From the IMG/VR virus record IMGVR_UViG_3300024348_000012: DNA of 47,348 nucleotides; one strand, 5' to 3'. Shown one piece after another: positions 29,086 through 36,970 of this stretch. Each line of letters starts with the position of its first letter. The stretch's first letter is position 1. The position numbers and the translations under genes are program-made. The DNA comes from a virus (taxonomy: Duplodnaviria; Heunggongvirae; Uroviricota; Caudoviricetes). Below the pieces are notes generated by a model. That model worked only from the letters and a program-made list of their open reading frames with translations. It made no database searches and had not been told where the DNA came from.

Positions 29086-30717
29086 ATGAATCAACCTTTT
29101 AAAATATTTAATTTAGATGATAAGACAAAATCTTATTTAAAATCTTTATTACCCGCAGAACCACAAATAGATAGAATTAGAGCATCTGTTGATGGAATTG
29201 GAAATCCGACATTACAATTTAAACCAAATGAATTTAAATCATTTGAAGAATTTGAAAATAAAAAAAATGAGTTAATAAAAGAATACAAACCATCGTTATT
29301 AGGTGGTAAAAATTCAAAATTATCTCAAATTTGGTATTCTATGAAGTATGATAATACTAGAAATCATATTGCAGATATTCTTAAAAATATAATAAAAGAA
29401 AATTATAACATAGAATATCCAATGGAATTTATGTGGGAATTGACAATGTTTACGGAAGATTGTTACATAGAAGAACATATAGATGGAAATGATTCAAATA
29501 GATTGGCAGGAATATTAATTTATTTAAATGAAGATTACGATAAAGAAAATGGGGGGTTATTAAAAGTAACAGACCCAATTACAAAAGAAATTACCGAAGT
29601 TGTTCCAGAATTTGGACAAGTCGTTATAATTGATTATACAAAACATTCGGTATCACATGAAGTTACACCTATAAAAAAAGGAAAGAGGTTAGCTATCTGT
29701 GCATTCATACACAAATTATCACATATGGCAAAGAGCAAAAAAGTCCTGGTTACAGGCGCGAGTGGATTTATAGGTTCACAATTGGTAAAAACATTAAATG
29801 AAAAAGGATATTGGAATATTAGAACCACATCTTTTGGTAGAGATTTACCTTCTTCTATAAACAATATAAATAATATAGAACATTTTAAGGGAGATTTAAG
29901 AGATGCTGAGTTTTGTGAAATGGTAACAAAAGATGTAGATGTTATATTTCATTTAGCAGCAAATACATCAAACGCATTGGATACAAAATTTAATCCTTTA
30001 TTACATGTTACTCCAAATATTGAAATGAATGTAAATTTGATGGAACAAGCTTGGAGAAATAGTGTGAAAAAATTTGTATTCATTTCTTCTAATACAACTT
30101 ACCCTGATATGGGTAGTGAGTTTTGTACCGAAGATATTAATGTCCATGCAACTCCAATGTTACCAGTTTATAAAGCAGTTGGTGGAATGAAAAGATATGG
30201 TGAAATGTTATGTGATTTCTTTTCAAATCAAATCCATAATCCAATGCAATGTGTAATCATCAGACCTTCAAATGCATTCGGCCCTAATGATAAATTTGAT
30301 TTTGAAAAATGTCACGTTACTCCTGCAAATATCAGAAAAGTAGCAGATGGTTTAAATCCAATCCCAATTTGGGGTGATGGTACGGAAGTAAGAGATTTAT
30401 TACATGTTGAGGATATGGCAGAAGGAATATTGTGGGTTGCAGAATCAACTAATGAATATGGTATATACAATGTATGTTATGGTAGTGGTTATAGTGTTAA
30501 TGAGGTCTTAAATTGGTTAAAAGAAATGGATAATAATACAAACCCAGTTGAATATGTAAATAATAAAGCACCTATGATTCCGGTTCGTTTATTATCATCC
30601 GAAAAGGTAAATAAACTTGGATGGAAACCAAAAAGAGATTTAAAAGAAGCTCTTAAAGAAACTTTAGAATGGTATAAAGTAAATAAACATTTATATAATC
30701 CAAATTCAAAACCATAG
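29086..30717 (+). CDS. In-frame fusion: 2OG-Fe(II) oxygenase (29086-29724) + GDP-fucose-synthase-like SDR (29725-30717)
   Basis: EEHIDG, GILIYLN, GGLL, SHEVTP, KRL; then MAKSKKVLVTGASGFIG, RPSNAFGPNDKF, HVTPA, IWGDGTEVRDLLHVEDMA; VGGMK at the YxxxK position. Confidence 0.85.
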   Translation: MNQPFKIFNLDDKTKSYLKSLLPAEPQIDRIRASVDGIGNPTLQFKPNEFKSFEEFENKKNELIKEYKPSLLGGKNSKLSQIWYSMKYDNTRNHIADILKNIIKENYNIEYPMEFMWELTMFTEDCYIEEHIDGNDSNRLAGILIYLNEDYDKENGGLLKVTDPITKEITEVVPEFGQVVIIDYTKHSVSHEVTPIKKGKRLAICAFIHKLSHMAKSKKVLVTGASGFIGSQLVKTLNEKGYWNIRTTSFGRDLPSSINNINNIEHFKGDLRDAEFCEMVTKDVDVIFHLAANTSNALDTKFNPLLHVTPNIEMNVNLMEQAWRNSVKKFVFISSNTTYPDMGSEFCTEDINVHATPMLPVYKAVGGMKRYGEMLCDFFSNQIHNPMQCVIIRPSNAFGPNDKFDFEKCHVTPANIRKVADGLNPIPIWGDGTEVRDLLHVEDMAEGILWVAESTNEYGIYNVCYGSGYSVNEVLNWLKEMDNNTNPVEYVNNKAPMIPVRLLSSEKVNKLGWKPKRDLKEALKETLEWYKVNKHLYNPNSKP

Positions 30718-31529
30718 TGAAAGATATAATCTTTGCAGGATGTTCTTACACTTGGGGGCAAAGTCTGTGGTACGAAGCAAACTTTCCAAATGATAATCAC
30801 CCAAGAGATGGATTTTTCTACGGAAATAAAGTTTGTGAAGAATGTTATGAATATATTGTAGAAAATAGATTTGCAAATCAAGTTGCAAAATATTTTAAAA
30901 AGAATGCATTAGTAGCGGCTACCAATGGAGGTGACCTGATACAAAGTATTAATTTTGTTAAAAATAGAATTTCAGAAAATACTTTTAATGGTAGAAAAAC
31001 AGAATTAGTAATATTTCAAACTACACAATTTGTTAGACACGATTCTTTAATTGATTATCAAATAGAAATGTTAGAAAATTTAGTTCTAGATTTAGAAAAA
31101 CAAAATGTACCTATTAGATTTGTACATTGGATTTGGCCTGATTTGACACAAAATGAAATTGACTTATATATAAGTGGTGTAAATACAAATTGGGGAAAAC
31201 TGGCTCCAAGGTTTAGTAAAAACAAAATACCAGTAATAAAAGATGCAATGCCACCAAATGATTCTAATAAATTGGCATCGGAAATAATACGAAGTAGAAC
31301 AATAAAATTAAATGGTAATTTTAATTTTCAATATATAACGGAAATCGGTATGGCAACTAAAAGAAATGATTATAATAAAATAAAAGATTATACCATTTAT
31401 GGTAAATTTGGTATGCCAAAAGATGCAGTAGCACCGGATACTCACTTTAGTCAAGAAGGACATAATTTTATAGCGCAAGAAATAATAAAACATTTAGAAA
31501 ATGAACAACCCAGAATATTCTCCATATAA
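30717..31529 (+). CDS. SGNH-hydrolase-like protein (GCS variant)
   Basis: IIFAGCSYTWG, VIFQTT, C-terminal PDTHFSQEGH; GTG start overlapping TAG. Confidence 0.6.
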   Translation: MKDIIFAGCSYTWGQSLWYEANFPNDNHPRDGFFYGNKVCEECYEYIVENRFANQVAKYFKKNALVAATNGGDLIQSINFVKNRISENTFNGRKTELVIFQTTQFVRHDSLIDYQIEMLENLVLDLEKQNVPIRFVHWIWPDLTQNEIDLYISGVNTNWGKLAPRFSKNKIPVIKDAMPPNDSNKLASEIIRSRTIKLNGNFNFQYITEIGMATKRNDYNKIKDYTIYGKFGMPKDAVAPDTHFSQEGHNFIAQEIIKHLENEQPRIFSI

Positions 31530-32040
31530 AGATGCATTAACAAATGCGATGACGGAGTTAGCTAAATTAGAAGATACGATTTTTATAGGACAACAAATAG
31601 TTTATGCCGGTAACCCAATGAGTACAACTTTGACAGAGGTACCAAAGGAAAAAATGATTGAAGTTCCTGTTATGGAAGAAACACAATTAGGAATGAGTTT
31701 GGGAATGGCTATCACTGGAAAAACAGTTGTAACATTCTATCCTCGTTGGGATTTTATAGTATCCGCAACAAATCAGTTAGTAAACCATTTAGATAAGTTT
31801 CAATTAATGACGGAAAAAAAAGTTAATATAATTATTAGATTGGGAAAAGGTTCTGATAAACCATTAGACCCCGGTCATCAACATAAAGGAAATTATTTTG
31901 AAGAATTTAAATCTATTTGTAAAAATATAGAATTTCACGATTTAAAAACTCCCAACGATATTGAATTGGCATACAAATATGCAACCAAAGAGGGTGGTAT
32001 ACATGTATTAGTAGAATATCCTGAATTATATTATAGTTAA
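31501..32040 (+). CDS. TPP-dependent E1-beta / transketolase pyrimidine-binding subunit (short)
   Basis: IFIGQQI, EVPVMEETQLGMSLGMAITG, YPRWDF, DPGHQH; 179 aa, no C-terminal domain. Confidence 0.88.
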   Translation: MNNPEYSPYKDALTNAMTELAKLEDTIFIGQQIVYAGNPMSTTLTEVPKEKMIEVPVMEETQLGMSLGMAITGKTVVTFYPRWDFIVSATNQLVNHLDKFQLMTEKKVNIIIRLGKGSDKPLDPGHQHKGNYFEEFKSICKNIEFHDLKTPNDIELAYKYATKEGGIHVLVEYPELYYS

Positions 32041-32669
32041 TGAAACAATTTATTTTAAAAAAAGGTAAAGTCATTTATGATGAAATATATGATGGTGGTG
32101 GAAGTTCTTTTGGTATTAACGCACTAAAAGACGAAAAAGTAAAATCAGTCATAAAAAAAGGAAACATATTAGAAATGTGTTCAGGTCCAGGCTTTATGGG
32201 ATTTTATTTAAACTTTGAAGGATATGCGGATTATTTAATTTTATCCGATATAAACGATGCACATGATTCATATATTAAAAAAACAATTGAAGAAAATAAT
32301 TTAACAAATACTAAATTTATTCAATCGGACGGATTTAAATCTTTTTACATTCATAATAATTTTGATACAATAATTATGAATGCACCACACTATTCATCAC
32401 CCAGAAATGGTGGATATGTTAATAGAGAAGAGGAACTAATTTGTTTAGATTTAGATTTAGAATTTCATAAACATTTTTTTAAATATGCTAAAAATTATTT
32501 AAAAAAAGATGGAGTAATTATATTAATTGGAAATATGGGTGGAATAAAACCAGAAGAAATAATTGATTTAGCCGGAAATGATTATAATTGTAAATTAATT
32601 GCATGTAACAGATATGGTTGGATTAGAGATTCTAGATTTTATGTTTTAGAAATAAAATTAAATGGATAA
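32040..32669 (+). CDS. Class I SAM methyltransferase (MTS/HemK-like)
   Basis: LEMCSGPGFMG, LSDIN, SDGF, IIMNAPHY (NPPY-like position). Confidence 0.8.
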   Translation: MKQFILKKGKVIYDEIYDGGGSSFGINALKDEKVKSVIKKGNILEMCSGPGFMGFYLNFEGYADYLILSDINDAHDSYIKKTIEENNLTNTKFIQSDGFKSFYIHNNFDTIIMNAPHYSSPRNGGYVNREEELICLDLDLEFHKHFFKYAKNYLKKDGVIILIGNMGGIKPEEIIDLAGNDYNCKLIACNRYGWIRDSRFYVLEIKLNG

Positions 32670-34110
32670 TAAATTAGAAAAATTAATTTTAGGATACGAT
32701 ATTTTGTTTCCTTATTGTGAAGTTCCAAATTGTTTGGACCCGAACGATTTACAATTTGCAAAAGATTGTGATTATTATTATGATAATTCTCAAACATATT
32801 TTAAAGAAAAATTAAATAAAGAATGGTATATTCATAATGGTAGATTTATGGTTCATTTAAACGATGAATCAGGCCACCCTGGATATTTTGCAATAGATAA
32901 AAAATCTACATATGATATTATTAAAGATAGGGAAAGAGGAAAAAATTATGATTGGTATTATTTAATAGAAGCGTATGGTGATTTTGATAATTTTTTAGGT
33001 TTATCAAATTCAAACACACAACCTTTTAGTGAATTTATTCCATCACATACTTTAAATGAATTAAAAAATTATAATGGTAAATTGATTATTAATTTTGCAA
33101 TAGATGGTGGTTTATCTACATTAAAAGTTGACAGATTATATGAATGTCTTTTAAATTTAAATATTCCAAAAGAAAAAATAATAATATTACATAATGATTT
33201 TAATTTAGAAAAATTAATGAAACCAATTTTTGGTGAATATATGCCAATATTAATTCACTATTGTTGGTCATTGAATTCTAAATCAGAAGAGTATTTCAAA
33301 AAAACACATCAAGATGAATTTCATTTTTGGCATACGGCCGATAGAAAAACAAATTATAGTTTTTTAACAAATGACGAATGTAAAGATTTATCCAAAAAAA
33401 CTCATAAATTTTTAAATTTAAATAGAAGATTAAGAATTCATAGAATAGATTTATTGTATTTTTTATGGAAAGAAAATATGTTGGATGATGTGTTAATAAG
33501 TTATGATAGTAAATTATTTACACATGATGGATTAGATATGATAAGAAAAAAGTTATCCATAGAAGAATGGAATGATTTTTATCATTATATCGTACACACA
33601 TCTCCTAGAATTGTTGATTACTATGATATAGAAAGTATTTGGGGATATGGATTTGAAACAAAAGAAATATATGAAAAATCATTGATATCAATATTATCTG
33701 AAACATTTTTTTATGAAGAAAGTGGGTACTTGAGTGAGAAAATTTGGAAACCAATAGCACATGGCCACCCATTTATTTTAATCGGCCCACAAAATTCTTT
33801 AAAATTTATTAAAAAAGAATTTGGTTTTAAAACATTTCATCCGTTTATAAATGAAGCATATGATGCAATTGAAGATGGCAATTTAAGAATGGAAATGATT
33901 CAAAAAGAAATAAAAAGATTAAATAGTTATTCATTAGAAGAATTAAAAAAAATAGTAGAACAAGTTATACCGATTATATTACATAATAAACAAAAATTAC
34001 TAGAATATGGAAAAAAATCTATACCATTAGATTATGTTCATTATTTAAGAATAACTGGAAAAACGGAAGAAGCGGAAAAAATATTCAATAAACAAAATCA
34101 ATTATTATGA
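32662..34110 (+). CDS. Putative glycosyltransferase (GT10-like motif), paralog of 23965..25308
   Basis: FLNLNRRLRIHR, YEKSLISILSET...YLSEKIWKPIAHGHPFILIG...FGFKTF...EAYD. Confidence 0.45.
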   Translation: MDNKLEKLILGYDILFPYCEVPNCLDPNDLQFAKDCDYYYDNSQTYFKEKLNKEWYIHNGRFMVHLNDESGHPGYFAIDKKSTYDIIKDRERGKNYDWYYLIEAYGDFDNFLGLSNSNTQPFSEFIPSHTLNELKNYNGKLIINFAIDGGLSTLKVDRLYECLLNLNIPKEKIIILHNDFNLEKLMKPIFGEYMPILIHYCWSLNSKSEEYFKKTHQDEFHFWHTADRKTNYSFLTNDECKDLSKKTHKFLNLNRRLRIHRIDLLYFLWKENMLDDVLISYDSKLFTHDGLDMIRKKLSIEEWNDFYHYIVHTSPRIVDYYDIESIWGYGFETKEIYEKSLISILSETFFYEESGYLSEKIWKPIAHGHPFILIGPQNSLKFIKKEFGFKTFHPFINEAYDAIEDGNLRMEMIQKEIKRLNSYSLEELKKIVEQVIPIILHNKQKLLEYGKKSIPLDYVHYLRITGKTEEAEKIFNKQNQLL

Positions 34111-34226
34111 AAAATCCAATCAAATTGTTAAAAAAGTGGTATGAAAACTACAAGATGAAAAAACGAATCCAAAAGAAATTAGAAGAATTAAAAAAAAGAG
34201 ACCCATTCGTTTATAAGAATTTCTAA
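34107..34226 (+). CDS. 39-aa basic peptide (not in ORF track)
   Basis: ATGA-coupled ORF MKNPIKLLKKWYENYKMKKRIQKKLEELKKRDPFVYKNF; the KLEELKKRDPF ending is recalled from small ORFs of T4-like phages. Confidence 0.65.
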   Translation: MKNPIKLLKKWYENYKMKKRIQKKLEELKKRDPFVYKNF

Positions 34227-34235
34227 TAATTTAGA

Positions 34236-34244
34236 ATATTTATA
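34236..34244 (+). promoter_or_regulatory. Candidate late-promoter motif ATATTTATA
   Basis: 3 nt upstream of ATG 34248; identical copies at 39904-39912 and 42884-42892. Confidence 0.45.
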
Positions 34245-34247
34245 GTT

Positions 34248-36923
34248 ATGAATTCATTATTAGAAGCAGATAAACCAAAAGTTACACAATCAATAATCAT
34301 TTATGGTGGTCGTTTTCAACCATTTCATAAAGGACATTATGCAGCATACCAAAATTTAGTATCAGAATTTGGAAAGGCAAATGTATATATTGGAACATCT
34401 AACGATACAAGTTCGGACAAATCACCTTTTACATTTAAAGAGAAAAAAGAAATTGCAACTAAGATGTTTGGTATACCAGCATCTAGATTTGTCAAAGTAA
34501 ACAACCCTTACAGACCCGTAGAGATACTTTCTAAATACGATGGTAAGATTACACAATATATTGCAGCAGTAGGAGAAAAGGACGCCAGTAGGTTAAAGAG
34601 TGGATATTTCAAACCATATAAAGGTAAAGCTGGATATGGTTATGATGAGGTTGGTTATTACTATCCAGTACCTGCAGAAGCAAATCCAATTAGTGGTACG
34701 GATGTTAGAAAAAAATTAGGAAGTTCAAATAAAGAGGTAGCTAAAAAGTTTTTCTTAAAAGCATATCCATCATTTGATAAAGATATTTTTAAAATGATTA
34801 CTACAAAATTAAACGAAAATGGAATGCCAGGTGGAATCGGTGTTGGATTGGTTTTGCCAGGTGGATATATCAATGGTGCATCAACAGGTTCTAAAAATGA
34901 AATTATAGGTGAAATTGAAAAAGATGTAAACGAATTTATAACACAATATTTTAATGAAGGTATTTCCGAATCAAAAGAAAATTCAATAAATCATTTTGTA
35001 GAGTATGCAACTAAAAAATTAAAGTTAAACGAAACTCCAAAAATTACTTTATTAAGTGGTAGAGAATATTCAGAAGCAAAAACCAGTTTAGGTGGGTATA
35101 ATCCAATGTCTAAAGAAATATATGTTGCAATAGAAGGTAGATTAACTGCGGACATACTTAGAACTCTTGCGCATGAGATGGTTCATAGAAAGCAAGATGA
35201 GTTGGGTTTAGTAAAAGATGAAATCAAAGATGGTGCAACAGGTTCTCCAATTGAAAACCAAGCACACGCAGTAGCCGGTATCTTAATGAGAAATTATGGT
35301 AAGATAAATAAACAAATCTACAACGAAGATATTAGTATGGATGTGGATAAAGGTGATACCGTATTGATGGGTAAATTCAAAAACAAAAAAGTAGTTGTAA
35401 AAGATATTGATAAGGATGACTACGGAATGCCAACAATTAATGGTAAGAAAGCAGCAACATTTAGATTAGGTGATAAAGGACAAAATATATTCAAAAAAGA
35501 TGAAAATATTGATGAAATGAAATCTACGGATATACATTTTATGAATATGATAAAACTATATAGAGATTCAACCTTCAGAAAAAGAATCAATGCATATCTT
35601 TTTGGTAAACCAAATCAAAATAATCCAAACGCAGTAGCAAAAGCACTTCGTAATATGGGATATGATGAAATAACTCAAATGGAAAAAGAATTAAATCTTA
35701 AACCAGATTTGAATGAATCATTATTATTAGAAGGTGGTGCATACGGACATATGTCACACCCGTTTGATGATATGGATTTAACGTTTGGTGATTTAAAAGA
35801 TATTATTTCAAAAGCACTTAATGGTGATTTAGGTGTAGTTAGAGAAAAAACCGACGGACAAGCATTAGCAATCAGTTGGAAAAATGGTAGATTGATTGCA
35901 GCTAGAAATAAAGGTAATTTAGCAAACGCCGGAGCAAACGCAATGGGTATAGAAGATGTTGCATCTAAATTTGGTGGTAGAGGTGGTTTAACAGATGCAT
36001 ACAATTTTGCAATGAAAGATTTATCTGCAGCAATTAGTGGGTTATCAGAAGCACAAAGAAAAAAGATATTCAACGAAGGTAAATGTTTTATGAATTTAGA
36101 AGTTATATGGCCAAAATCGGTTAATGTGATTCCTTATGGTCAAGCACTTTTAGTTTTTCATAATACAACTTGTTATGATGAAAAGGGTGTGGCAATTGGG
36201 GCGGATGGTGGAGCAGCGGGAACTTTGGCAGGAATGATTAAGCAAGTCAACGCAGACATTCAATCTAAATATACAATACAAGGCCCTCCAATAACATCAA
36301 TACCAAAATCAGATGATTTGAGTTCAAAGCAAGGTAAGTATTTATCAAGACTTAAAAAACTACAATCGGAATTTGGATTAAAAGATTCCGATAATGTTGC
36401 AGACTATCATCAAAGTTGGTGGGATTGGTGGATTACATCAAACGCACCTATTAAGGTTGATAAACTTACAAAAGAAGCATTAATTAGAAGATGGGCATTT
36501 GGTGATAAAGGATTTAGATTAAATACAATATCAAATTTAGAATTACAAAAATGGGCAATTGACCATGATAAAGTAAATGTTGTAAAACAACAAAAAGATA
36601 ATATTAAACCATTTGAAGAAATATTTTTAGGTGTAGGTGCAGATGTATTGGAATTTGTTGGTAGTGTATTAACAGTTCACCCTGAGAAAGCAATTAGAGC
36701 AATGAAACAAAAATTTGCATCAGTTGCATCACAGGTTAGAAGTGGTGGCAATCCTGCACAAATACAAAAATTAAAATCAGAATTAGAAAGATTAAATCAA
36801 TTGGGTGGTATTGAAAAGATAGTAGCAAATGAGGGATTAGTATTTGTTTATAATGGTAAAACATATAAACTCACAGGTACTTTTGCACCATTGAATCAAA
36901 TACTTGGCATTTTTTACTCTTAA
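34248..36923 (+). CDS. Multi-module protein: HIGH nucleotidyltransferase + HExxH module + KxDG ligase-like domain
   Basis: GGRFQPFHKGH and ISGTDVR; LAHEMVHRKQ; GGAYGHMSHPFDD...VREKTDGQ; modules separated by hydrophobic-x-E sites. Confidence 0.75.
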   Translation: MNSLLEADKPKVTQSIIIYGGRFQPFHKGHYAAYQNLVSEFGKANVYIGTSNDTSSDKSPFTFKEKKEIATKMFGIPASRFVKVNNPYRPVEILSKYDGKITQYIAAVGEKDASRLKSGYFKPYKGKAGYGYDEVGYYYPVPAEANPISGTDVRKKLGSSNKEVAKKFFLKAYPSFDKDIFKMITTKLNENGMPGGIGVGLVLPGGYINGASTGSKNEIIGEIEKDVNEFITQYFNEGISESKENSINHFVEYATKKLKLNETPKITLLSGREYSEAKTSLGGYNPMSKEIYVAIEGRLTADILRTLAHEMVHRKQDELGLVKDEIKDGATGSPIENQAHAVAGILMRNYGKINKQIYNEDISMDVDKGDTVLMGKFKNKKVVVKDIDKDDYGMPTINGKKAATFRLGDKGQNIFKKDENIDEMKSTDIHFMNMIKLYRDSTFRKRINAYLFGKPNQNNPNAVAKALRNMGYDEITQMEKELNLKPDLNESLLLEGGAYGHMSHPFDDMDLTFGDLKDIISKALNGDLGVVREKTDGQALAISWKNGRLIAARNKGNLANAGANAMGIEDVASKFGGRGGLTDAYNFAMKDLSAAISGLSEAQRKKIFNEGKCFMNLEVIWPKSVNVIPYGQALLVFHNTTCYDEKGVAIGADGGAAGTLAGMIKQVNADIQSKYTIQGPPITSIPKSDDLSSKQGKYLSRLKKLQSEFGLKDSDNVADYHQSWWDWWITSNAPIKVDKLTKEALIRRWAFGDKGFRLNTISNLELQKWAIDHDKVNVVKQQKDNIKPFEEIFLGVGADVLEFVGSVLTVHPEKAIRAMKQKFASVASQVRSGGNPAQIQKLKSELERLNQLGGIEKIVANEGLVFVYNGKTYKLTGTFAPLNQILGIFYS

Positions 36924-36970
36924 TTTGATATATATTATAATAATAAACAGTTACAAAAAGGAAGATTAGT

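Noticed and set aside
23355-32040. Pyruvate dehydrogenase as a metabolic auxiliary gene
   Set aside because: Subunits are truncated, no E2/E3 present, and the context is NDP-sugar biosynthesis
11238-34110. Island as a DNA hypermodification pathway (oxygenase + glycosyltransferase)
   Set aside because: The 2OG enzymes resemble EGLN/P4H rather than TET/JBP, and no hydroxymethylase, nucleotide kinase or preQ/dG+ genes are visible; not excluded without the rest of the genome
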